Source: Rhizophagus irregularis
Lineage: Eukaryota
Length of the DNA: 64,000 bases
Direction of reading: 5' to 3'
Assembly: GCF_026210795.1 (NCBI RefSeq)
Contig: NC_089432.1
Coordinates: 682,001-746,000, forward strand
Position 1 is the first letter of the stretch. Each line of letters begins with the position of its first letter. This document shows, piece after piece, positions 41,141 through 53,500 of the stretch. Both the position numbers and the translations under genes were made by a program. The notes under the pieces were generated by a model. It made no database searches and was not told the origin of the DNA. It worked only from the letters and a program-made list of their open reading frames with translations.

Positions 41141-44100
41141 TGCTGTGTTAATTTGAGTCATGTGAATTTTGAATTTAAGTAGTGAAATTAAATTTCAGTC
41201 AATATAAGAGTATATTGAATTTGCAAAATTCTCATAAAATTAAATTAAGGGTTTAAATGGATGCATAATAAAATAATCTTATGATGTCAATCACTGTCAC
41301 ATTTAGAATACCCTGTATAAATAATTTCAATTGTGTAACATTTTGTGCAACACAAGCACGTGCAACTGTAAGTCGTGTAATCTTTTGATAATACGGAAAA
41401 AATAAATAGTAAAATATATTTTTCCAGCCTCAGTAATTACTTGACATATTTTTTCTTGCTCAACCACCAGAAAAAACTCTGATAAATGAAGAAACTCAGA
41501 CACGTGATCATTTTTATTTTTCCGAAAAATTTTTTATAGGAAACTAGCTTGACAATTAACAGAAAAAAAACATAGTCTCAAGTAAATCATATTTAAAAGC
41601 TAAAAGTTTTCATGAATTGACAACAATAAAAAATTCTTCATGCTATATTCGCATTATTTTACAATAGAAAAAAATATTTCTGCTAACAAGATTATGTAAT
41701 ATTATGGGAAATTTGCAATTTAAGCTGCTATAATTTAAATAATTTGTTTTATGATATTTAGTAGAAATATAAAACTTGCTACGCTAATATAATATACTAG
41801 CAATTTCATATTGAAATATATGAATATCAAGTCGTTAAAATAAATCAAAGAAAATTTGATTTACAACAAGATAAAATATGAGTATGAATTACTTTTATTA
41901 CTGTATCATATATAAAAAAGAATTAGCTATTAAAGTTTTCTTAACTGAAGAAACATTTCTGTATGTTGTAAATTTAATAATAATATTTAGAAATTATATA
42001 CATTTTCAGTAAATGTTTAATAATTGCAAATTTTAAATGGAACTATTAAATACTAATATCTTACCAACGTACATCCGTATTTCCATTGAGTTAAAAATTA
42101 CACCTATTCTGATAGAAGACCATGAAATATGATATCTAAAGAAAATATTTAATATTTTATTGTTTCAATTGATGAAATGATTCTTCGATAATTTATAATT
42201 TTTGATTACCTTCTAAAATAATTTCTAAGAATTCCTCAATTGTAAACTCGACGCTCGATGTAAATCTGTTGTCAAAATAATTGAGAGGTTAGTTAAAAAT
42301 TACGAAAATAAATGATAATAGGTAGGATTATACTTGTTATTCCATGGATATCAATGAATAACTAAAATATTCACTGATACTTTGGTCATTGTATATATTG
42401 TGTATGGTGATGTATATATACATCAATGGATTTTATACTTTTTATACTTTTTCTTACTGGTGGAGTAATTGACAAAAAATCCTCAGTGTATACATAAAAA
42501 TAGCGATGGGATAAAATAATAATATTTGTTAATTGGGAAATATTTCATTCGACCTATAAAAATTTTCTGGGAAAAAAACTCTGATAAATGATCATAGAGC
42601 TCGAATGCATGATTAATCTTCTAATCAATTTAAATAAAGCATTAATTACTTTTATTTCTACTTACTGCAATGTATTGGCATTATTCGTATTTCATACTAT
42701 TTTATTTTACAAAGTTAGCCTGTACAACAACCAATCAAATGTTAATTATAATTAATTTATGGAAGTATACAAAAGATATTTTTTTCACTTTGTTAAAATT
42801 TCTTTCTGAGTAAGCGTAAAAAATTTTTTTTAAATAGTTTCTTGTAATTTAAAATTGAATTGAATATTGCATTGCATTTATAATTTTAACAAATTTGGAA
42901 TTATTAAAGAAGTAATTTCCTTTAATCGTCATATTAATTATCTCTTTGATGTCAATATACATATAATAAGTACAATCTAATTACTATACTAGGTTTATAA
43001 TAAGATATGGAAATAATTTTACAGAACAAATATTGACGAAATTTACACAAGCAAAAAATATTAAAAATTTAACTATTATTATTTATTTATTAAGATATAT
43101 TTTTTGAAAACATAATGCGAATGTTACATTATATTAATAACGAAAATGGGTCAATGAAATAAACGTTTATACTTAAATTAAATTCCTTAGAAATTGTAAG
43201 AGGTTAATTCATTATATTTGGTGTTTGAAATATTTTAAATTTTTTATTATAACGTCTATTAATATAAATATATATTTAGGAATTTAACAAAACTTAATAA
43301 TTTTAGAATATCAATGGGAATGAGATTTTATTAAATATCCTATTTAGTCTCATTCAAATAAATATGTAAAATATACAAAGCAAATATACTAATAATAAAT
43401 AATAAATAATTTAAAAATAGCCGTTCTGTAAAATTATATTATACTTTAATAGTAAATTAATTTTAAGCAGTTTTGGATAAGAAAAAAAATGTCCAAAGTA
43501 CCGGGACTCCAAAATTTAAAATCGTGATATTTGTTTTATGCACTTTTTTAATGGATGATGTACCTTTTTATTATTATTCATTCATGATGAATCAATTGCT
43601 TACGTAAATATAAATATTTAATTCAAATTTATTTTTTGGCTTCTTTTACTTTTTAACGGAAAATTAACATAATTCTACATTCTAAGAAAGAGAATGTGTT
43701 CATATATGAATAGAATATCGTACGATGTAATGAGTGATACTTATTACGAAATGGAATTTTTAATAAAAAATATGTTGAATTTTGGGATCAGGAACATTAT
43801 ATTATGAGAATTTTTTTGATTCATGAGACTCAATATTCTAATGATCAGTAAGTAAAGAAAAAGACATTCAAGTTATAAAGAAATAAAAAAAATATTACCT
43901 GTATTTAAAATATTTAGGACATATTTAAGAGATACTATGGTGATAATTTCGGAAAATTCTGAACTTTCAGCTTCAATTATTTATAAATTTAATTACTCTT
44001 CATATGAAACTTTGTCAATCATCTGGTTAAAATTTAAAATTAAATTTAATATTATAATAAAATAACTAGTGTACTTTTGGATATAGTGAGTGAGTTTATT

Positions 44101-44969
44101 TTTAAAAGTACACTAATAAATTAATAAAAGATTTTTTTATAACAATATGAACCTTATTAAATGTAATTATTGTTATAAAAATCTTTTATTATCATTACTT
44201 ATTATTAATATTAGTGTTACTGTGAACTAAAAAAAATCTTACTAAAAACAATTATTAACTTCAGTTAATAAGTTAATTGTCTATTACTGATATATTGTTA
44301 TTAAAAAAAATCCTAGAAAATTTTTTTATACCAAACAAGAGTCCATCATTCGTGGGGAGCTGTGAAATTCATAGCATTCTGTTCATTTTAGTTGGTTTTC
44401 AAAATACAGTAGTTGACTCAGTAATTTCGGCAGCAATTCCCGAAACTGAAACTCTGCCGAAAGTCAAAATTCAGGCCGAAATTGTCTGGCCAGCACTATA
44501 CATTCTGGCTCGCATTGTGAATTTTGTAATGTTTGCTTGATCAATGATAACTTGTCAAGTGATGAACCGACTGATTTGTAATTAAAATATGGGTTTGTCA
44601 CATGATTGCCGATCAATGTTGCGTTTTTTAAATTAACATTTTTTTAATTCTTTATTTAAAAATTATTTAATAGCAAGTTATTTTTAATTCTATTATTACT
44701 TATTTATATAATAACTACAAATGTTATAAGTTATTTATTTAATTCTATAATTACTTTATTTATATAATGTTTACATATAATTTTAACTAACTAAATTCTT
44801 TATTTAATAGATCGTAAGTTATAAGTTATTTATTATTGCTTATTTATATAATATTTACATGTAATTTAACTAAATTCTTTATTTAAAAAATTATTTATTT
44901 ATTAATTAATTCTATTATTACTTTATTATATAATATTTACATATAGTTTAAACTAACTAAAATTAACCA

Positions 44970-46706
44970 TGATAAAAAACGTTATTTTAACGTTACTTTA
45001 ATGTTTTTTTAAATTAACTATGATAAAAAAAATGGTATATAACGTTAAATAACGTTATTTTAACATGTTTTATAATAAAAAATGTTATATGACGTTAAAT
45101 AACGTTATTTTAACATGTTTTATAATAAAAAATGGTATATGACGTTAAATAACGTTATTTTAACATGTTTTATAATAAAAAATGGTATATGACGTTAAAT
45201 AACGTTATTTTAACATGTTTTATAATAAAAGAACGTTATATGACGTTAAATAACGTTATTTTAACATGTTTTATAATAAAAAATGGTATATGACGTTAAA
45301 TAACGTTATTTTAACATGTTTTATAATAAAAAATGGTATATGACGTTAAATAACGTTATTTTAACATGTTTTATAATAAAAAATGTTATATGACGTTAAA
45401 TAACGTTATTTTAACATGTTTTATAATAAAAAAATGTTATATGACGTTAAATAACGTTATTTAACATGTTTTACAATAAAAAAATGGTATATGACGTTAA
45501 ATAACGTTATTTAACATTATTTTAACATGTCTTATAATAAAAAAACGTTATATAACGTTATATAACGTTATTTTAACATGTTTTATAATAAAAGAACGTT
45601 ATATAACGTTATATAACGTTATTTTAACATGTTTTATAATAAAAGAACGTTATATAACGTTATATAACGTTATTTTAACATGTTTTATAATAAAAGAACG
45701 TTATATAACGTTATATAACGTTATTTTAACATGTTTTATAATAAAAGAACGTTATATAACGTTATATAACGTTATTTTAACATGTTTTATAATAAAAGAA
45801 CGTTATATAACGTTATATAACGTTATTTTAACATGTTTTATAATAAAAGAACGTTATATAACGTTATAATAAAAGAACGTTATATAACATTATTTAACGT
45901 TGTTTTAACATGTTTTATAATAAAAAATGGTATATGACGTTAAATAACGTTATTTTAACATGTTTTATAATAAAAAAATGTTATATGACGTTAAATAACG
46001 TTATTTAACATTATTTTAACATGTCTTATAATAAAAAAACGTTATTCTAACATGTCTTATAATGGAAAAACGTTATATAACGTTATTTTAACGTTATTTA
46101 ACATTTCTTATGATAAAAAAACGTTATTTTAACGTTATTTAACATTTCTTATGATAAAAAAACGTTATTTTAACGTTATTTAACATTTCTTATGATAAAA
46201 AAACGTTATTTTAACGTTATTTTAACATTTCTTATGATAAAAAATGTTATATAACGTTATTTTAACATGTTTTATAATAAAAGAACGTTATATAACGTTA
46301 TTTAACGTTATTTTAACATGTTTTATAATAAAAGAACGTTATATAACGTTATATAACGTTATTTTAACATGTTTTATAATAAAAGAACGTTATATAACGT
46401 TATATAACGTTATTTTAACATGTTTTATAATAAAAGAACGTTATATAACGTTATATAACGTTATTTTAACATGTTTTATAATAAAAAATGTTATATGACG
46501 TTATTTTAACATGTTTTATAATAAAAGAACGTTATATAACATTATTTAACGTTGTTTTAACATGTTTTATAATAAAAAATGGTATATGACGTTAAATAAC
46601 GTTATTTTAACATGTTTTATAATAAAAAATGTAATATGACGTTAAATAACGTTATTTTAACATGTTTTATAATAAAAAATGTTATATGACGTTATTTAAC
46701 GTTATT
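44970..46706. repeat. AT-rich satellite array of 50/51/41-bp units built from ~10-bp TAACGTTA-type subunits
   Basis: 50-bp unit AACGTTATTTTAACATGTTTTATAATAAAAAATGGTATATGACGTTAAAT, a 51-bp variant containing GAACGTTATATAACGTTATAT, and a 41-bp variant at ~46081-46240. Roughly 35 units. Confidence 0.95.
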
Positions 46707-47343
46707 TTTCCAATATCTACTGCGCCACCCAAAGTGCAATACAAGATCTTAGAGAATGCGAAATGAAAATAACAGCTAATACATAAAATATTTAAATGAA
46801 CATGAATTTTCAATCACTAAATATTACTTAAGGGTTTTATATTTAAGAATCCTTGGATAAATTAGTTTTTAACTGTAAATAAAAATATTGGCAAAATTAA
46901 ATTTTTGTTTTGTGCAAGAACAAAAATCGATCGACATAATATTAAAAAATGTGATTTATTCGTGATCTATCAAATTAACATTCATCTTTAGTAGCACAGT
47001 TAAATTCAGTGCAAAAAGTTAACATTATGATTGACTGTCTATGTACTGTACATGTACATGTACAGTACATGTTCATGTTAATGTACTGTACATGTACATG
47101 TATAAGTACATAAGTTATATAAGATTTGATGGACCTTTTTTTACCAAAAAGGAAATTTTTTTCAATTTCATGGCAATTCTGCATGTGGGTAAATATCAAA
47201 TTAAGAAACGATGTACATATATTCGAATTAATAAATTTGATAAATTTATAAAATGATTGACAAATGATTGACATAAAAATAACTACTTTTGTAAAAAACG
47301 CCCAACAAAAGATTATCTCTGTGTTAAAATAAATTAATAATAC

Positions 47344-48400
47344 GATGATAACTCTCTCTCCTTTCTCTCACTTTTCTTAATGGAAATAATATTTCACTCA
47401 TTTTAAAATACTCGTATTTAAAGAAGTTGCCCTAAATACCTGGTTAAAACACCAACTTGGTTTCCGCTACTTGTCTCTATTGGGTCCAGCGGCACTTGTT
47501 CATATGTTTTGAACGACTTTGGTTATAAGGTTGAAGATTCCAAGCTGGAAGGAAGAAATTTCCATTTCGCTCAGTGGTGAAAGTTCGCTTTCTTAATAAT
47601 AAGGGGTTGTTCCTGGTGATAGTTTGGTGAAGTTTCCCTCTTTACCTAGGTTTTTACTCCTTTGGGTTGGTTTTCCTAGGGTTATGAATTTTTCTTATTT
47701 TTTTGGTGAATTTTTCTCGTCTTTCTTTTTTGCCTTCTGCTTTTTGGAGTTTTTCTGGGGGGTAGGGGGGTATCCCAAAATTGATCGACATCAGGTGGTT
47801 TGTAGATCTTTTCTTTTGAGAGAGTTGGGTGTAATTTAAGGGGGGTGCAGATCTTGGTGATCAGTTTTTGGTCAGGTGAGGTCAAGGTGGTACATATTTG
47901 GACTATCATGGGTTTTTTTCTGCAGTTTAGTTTAGATTGGAGGGATCGTTCGAAATGAGGTGGGTGTCCTTTTGGGGATTGCACGACACTAAAAAGTTCC
48001 CCTTTAGTTTACTCTTAGGTAGTTTATTAACTCTGGTAATATAGTCACTTGGAGAATTTATTTTTATCGACCAGTGTGGGGGGATTTTTCCAACCAGGGG
48101 CTGGCGGTTCAGTTTGATAATCTGCGGGGTACGGGCTTCAACTTACCAAAACTTAGGTTTACCTAGGCGAGAGTATGGGAGGCAGTGGCGTTATCTGGGT
48201 TTTTGTGTCGTGGGGTCTAATTTTAGTATCTCACATTATACCTTCTTCCTGTTAATTGCCCACCGGTTTGAGTAGATTATTTTCGCGTGTAGTTTAGTTA
48301 GTATTTTTGTCAATTTTGACTTATATGTAATTTTCTACTTATAATCGCGTCCATGTTAGGTTTCTAACTGGAACCCATTAATAAAAATAAAAATAAAAAT
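47344..48400 (+). mobile_element. ~1.06-kb retroposed element without recognisable coding capacity (SINE-like passenger, or 3' end of a second LINE family)
   Basis: Bounded by AAATTAATAATAC at 47331-47343 and 48401-48413. TAAAAA-repeat tail at ~48379-48400. Shares 3' motif blocks with the LINE 3' UTR. G/T-rich top strand. Confidence 0.8.
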
Positions 48401-48413
48401 AAATTAATAATAC

Positions 48414-49070
48414 TGATCCTAACGTGTTTACTTTTATTGACATTATTAAAGGAATTATACCTATGTCACTTTCGGATTTGTTGAATTCTTGGACTACAAA
48501 GAAAAATGTTGTTGTTGTTTTGATTCAAATGAGACAGTTTATTTTCAATGAAATATTTGAAGAGGTTTGGATTCCACGGTGTTCGCACCTGAAGGAATTT
48601 GAACGTTCGTTAGGGTTGACTAAAAAGAAAAAATTAAAGTTTAAAAGTGTTCGTTCATTACCTAATAATAATAGTAGTAATAATAATATTATTCATTATG
48701 ATTCTTTAGATAGTGTTAGAAATTACATTTATTTTGGCAAAAATATAATAGAATTTTATACTAATCTTACTTCGTAGCGCCATTGTAGATTTTAGTAGTT
48801 GATTTATATAATTTTATAGGGTCAATTTTACTTTCTTCTGCAGGGCGGGCTTCAACTTACCAAGTTTTGGCTAGTGTATGGGAGGTAGTGGGTTAATTAA
48901 AGAAATGGTTTTTAGGTGTAGTTGGTTATATCTTTAATAGTTTCGTATTTAATTGCCCCACCGTCGAAGTAGATTCTTCTGATAGTTTAGTTCATTTTTT
49001 TATTTTACTTTTTCATTTTTGATATGTTTATAAAATTTGTTTTCGCTAACTATTACTGTTTAATAAAAAT
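48414..49070 (+). mobile_element. Heavily 5'-truncated LINE copy (ORF2 C-terminus + 3' UTR)
   Basis: Aligns with 55680-56335. Encodes DPNVFTFIDIIKG...FYTNLTS* (to 48777), followed by a short tail and AAATTAATAATAC at 49071-49083. Confidence 0.95.
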
Positions 49071-49083
49071 AAATTAATAATAC

Positions 49084-50574
49084 GGACTCTTTCAATACAA
49101 CACACAATTACCTATCGTTCAAATTGGTAAACAAGGGGCAAAGGTATCATTTTTGGATAAAGAAAAATTTGACCAATTTCTTAAAATGGAAATTGTTATT
49201 CAGGAGCAAAAAGAAGGTGATTCAGGTGTAGTGTTTAATGTGAAACTTCAACCTACCCCATTGAAGCCTGAGAAGGTGCCTACTACAAATGATAAGAATA
49301 GTGATATGTCACAAAATTCCAATAGTTGTACAATTCAAGTAATCGACATTCCTGCGTATAGGCAGGTACGCGAAATTCGTGAGTCCTTTGAAGATCTTGG
49401 TGAAATTGAGAAAATTTATACACGAGGTGCTGGTCTTTACCAAGTTGCTTTCATTACGTATAAAGATGCGAATTCTATTGATTATTTCAATGAACAATGG
49501 AGCTATCATATTAATAAAGACATAGTTAGAGTTTTACCCCTGTTATTGAGCAAGGAGGAACGCGAGAAAAGGAAGCAATTCTCGTTAAGATTATCAGGTT
49601 TACATTATCAAACTAGTGGTTATGATCTTAAGGAAGTTATGACACAATGTAAAGGGAAAACTTGTTTCATCCCAGCTGTTATGATTCGTGGTAAATATCA
49701 AAGGTGTCGATATGCTTACATTCATTTTTCTTCACAAGATGATTTGGTGGCAGCCAGACAAATGAAAATTGAATTCAAAAAGGGTAACGCAGGTACTCGA
49801 CAATTATACTGGAGTAAAGAGGAAGATCACATTTGTAATATTTGCGGTAATCCCACTCATATGGCCAAAGACTGTACCAACAAAGATATTAACAAATCTC
49901 AATCTAAACGTTTTGTTAGTGGCGCTGATAATTGGAAAAATTTGAAAAAGTCGTATGCGGATGCGACTAAATCTAAACAAAAGCCCAGAAATAGTTCTAA
50001 ATCTAATAATAATATTCCATCTGGATCATGTGATCTAGGAAAAGCTCGCAGCAATCATGATAATGATGATGACGATAGTGAAGATTTCAATAATCATCCG
50101 ATGTTTTTAAAATTCAAGGAACAAATTATTAGCACTATAAGAAAGGTGGAAGACAAAATGCTTAAAATGGAATCACTCATTGTTGACACTGGCAAGCAAA
50201 TTAGTGAAGTTGTTACTGCACAACAAGCGCTTAAATGTGATAAAGCGCATCCGGTCCCAACTAGTATGAAAAAGAAAAATCAACAATCTGTTTCTGGTGC
50301 AGAAGTTAAAGCAGCGAAAAAACGCTGTAAAAGTGACTCTGAATCAAGTGAAGATGAAGATGAACTAGCAAATAAATCCGTTCTTCAATCACAACAATTT
50401 CAGAAATCTGATCAAAATATCCAAAGCATTGTTGCACAACAAAAACAAATACAAGAAAACCACAAGGAAACTAAATCCTTACTCTCATCACTTTACAACA
50501 TGTTAGCTGGCGGCCCTTCAGCTTCATCATTATTGGGGGATAATGATGAAGTTTTTGATGATTCTGTCATATAA
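49084..50574 (+). pseudogene. LINE ORF1 of copy A (RRM-like domains, CCHC zinc knuckle, coiled coil), N-terminally truncated
   Basis: IQVIDIP...VAFITY and LRLSGL...YAYIHF RRM-like segments; CNICGNPTHMAKDC knuckle. Lacks the N-terminal ~220 aa seen in copy B. Confidence 0.85.
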
Positions 50575-50583
50575 TTATTTTTA

Positions 50584-53500
50584 ATGATGAACAATAATAT
50601 AATATCTCCCTCTAGTTCAACTTCTCAACAACAAAAAAATTTCCCCCAAATAGAAAATAACAATCCATTAATTACTAAAAATTTTTTAAAAAATTCTTCA
50701 ATAACGAAAATAGCTACTACGAATATTCGTACCCTTAGTAAAGACAAATTAATTTTCACGTTAGATGCGATGAAAAACAATGATATTGACATATATGGAT
50801 TAGCCGAGACTAATCTTTCTTATAGACAATCGAAAATATGGCAACAACAATTTGGTTTCCATGGTTATTTTGATTATTCACAACAAGGGGGTAAAAGTCA
50901 AGGTGTAGGAATTATCGTTAGCAATAAATACGATATTTTTGTTCATAAAGCGGTTGGTCATAAAGGCCGTGTTATATATCTAGACTTAAATTTTAGTCAA
51001 AAGAAAAATGTTAGGTTAATTCAGGTGTACATTAACGCTAATAAAAAAGAAAGAACACAAATTGAGGAGCTATATCAATATATCGAAAATACTATTGATG
51101 ATGCGAAAAACAAGAATATGGAAATAATCATTATGGGTGATTTCAATATTAATTATAGAAAATATTTGATGGCATTTGTTAATAATAGATGGTATTTCAA
51201 ATTGTTCAAAATGCTAGAAAACAGACACTTCTTAGATACAATTCCAATATTTAACGAAGATGACGAAAATATATATACTTATATTCCGCCTAATGATTCT
51301 AATGAAAAATCAAGAATAGATTATATTTGGGCTTCATTACCAATACTTGGCCAAAGTTTGAATAGTACTGTAATAGAAAATGATCATTTTACAACTGATC
51401 ATAATACTGTCACTTTATCGCTTGATACACAATTATTTATAGGAAAAACATTACCTAAGATTAACAAAAGTAAAAAGAAAATAACTCGTACTGTGTTTTT
51501 ATATGATGAAATGGATCAGGAAGATGATGAATTTACATGGGATAATTTCCGTGCTGGTTTGGATCATGAAATCGAAAGACTCAAACTAAAGGATCGATCG
51601 ATCACGAAAAGAAAACATGTTGATCATGTGTGGGATTCTCTTAGACAACTTATCATGAAATCTGCTAATGAAAATATAAAAAACAAAAAAGTTATAAAAC
51701 AGAAAATCAAATGTGCTCCTGAGAAAAAGTTGTCCGTTTACTTTGACTTAAGATATATTATTAATCGTATTCAAGAAATCCGCTCATGTATCACAGGATT
51801 AAGAAACTATCCAAATCAGGAAACGATCGACAAATGGATTAATTATCAAAACACGATAATTAAACTAAAAGACAAGTACGAGTTAGTTACTTCTGATACT
51901 AGTTTTAATTTCTTAAATAATGATCAGTTCCATAGTTATCTTGACGAACTTAATGAAATTAGAAAACAATTGAGAATTGTTTTTAAACTTGAACTTAACA
52001 TTATGGAACAAGAACAAATTATCTCTAACATCAAAAAGCGATGTGATAATTATAAAGATGATCAAGGGAGAATGATTCAATCTATTACAGAAAAAGAAAT
52101 GGTTTCTATTTCAATTGAAAAAATTTATAAGAAAGATCATAATGGTAATGAAGTTTTAATTACAGATGAGAATCAGGTGATGGAAGAAACAAATTGTCAT
52201 TTTCAAACAGTAGCGGGCTCTGTTAATAGAAAGAAACCAATACAAGGCAGATGGAAAGAACAATATAAACCACAGCCTCATATTAACGAAAATATATATT
52301 CTGGTATTATGGACGCTCCATCTTATGATGAATGGTTAGATATTATTCGACAACTATCTAATGGAAAAGCGACAGGACCTTCAGGCGTGTCGAATGAAAT
52401 GTTGAAACATCTAAGTGATGATTGTAATCATATTTTATATTATTTAATTTGTAAGATTATAGAATTGGGATATTTACCAAAACAATGGAAAGAAGCGACG
52501 GTCTTTCCTATTGCTAAACCTAAACCCTTTAATTGTGAATTATCAAACTCTCGCCCTATTACTCTTTTAGAAACCACTCGAAAAGCACTCATTTCTTTGC
52601 TAAATCGTCGTTTAACAATTATTTTGAAAGATAATAACGTATTAAAGGCAAACCAATTCGCGGGTCTGCCTAAACAATCAACATTTGAACCGATAAGGAT
52701 TATGAACGAAGTTATTCAAGATTCAATCGATAATAATAATGAATTATGGATACTCTCTCAGGATATGGGAAAGGCCTATGATCGTGTGAACATCTTTCAA
52801 CTCAAAAAAGCGATGGATAGAATTAAAATTCCTAACGAATTTTCATCCCTCATTTTAGAACTTTTTAAAGATAGAAAAAATCAAGTAATCACTGCGTATG
52901 GAAAAACTACACCTTATGATGTTCTTACAGGAATCGATCAAGGAGAAGTTATTTCACCGTTGCTTTGGTGTATTTATTACGATCCTCTTTTAGCAGAAAT
53001 TAATAAACAACAATTGGGATATAATATTTCTTGTATATCAAAATCAGTTGTTCAAGAAGAAGGTGTTCTTAATCAACAAAATGTTTCCATTATGGCGTAT
53101 ATGGATGATACTCAATGGATTACTGATGAAAAATCAAAATTGGAAAAAATGTTATACATCGCTGATACATTTTATCGTCTTAACGATATTCAAATTAACA
53201 AAGAAAAGTCTGAGCTTATGATGCGGTCTACAACTGAGAAGCGTAAATATTCTCATAATTACAATGATAAAATTTCAATCAAATTTGGTCGTGAAGAAAT
53301 TAATATTAAAGCCAAACATCCACACGAACCTATGCGTATCCTGGGAGTATATTTCAATATTGAATATGATGGAAATTATTTGATGTTCAAGATCAAGAAT
53401 GAAATAGACCATTTAGTTAATCTTATGTATAAAAAGAAGATTACTGATAAACATATTTTATATATATTTAATAGAATTATCGTCCCTCGAGTTGAATACT

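Noticed and set aside
44970..46706. CRISPR array or coding repeat (ORF 46244-46498)
   Set aside because: Pure tandem satellite; the ORF is a by-product of the 51-bp unit.
48846..48975. U1 snRNA or a known ribozyme (ACTTACC motif) in the 3' UTR
   Set aside because: Only 7 nt resemble the U1 5' end. No U1 stem-loops and no hammerhead or HDV core are recognisable by eye.
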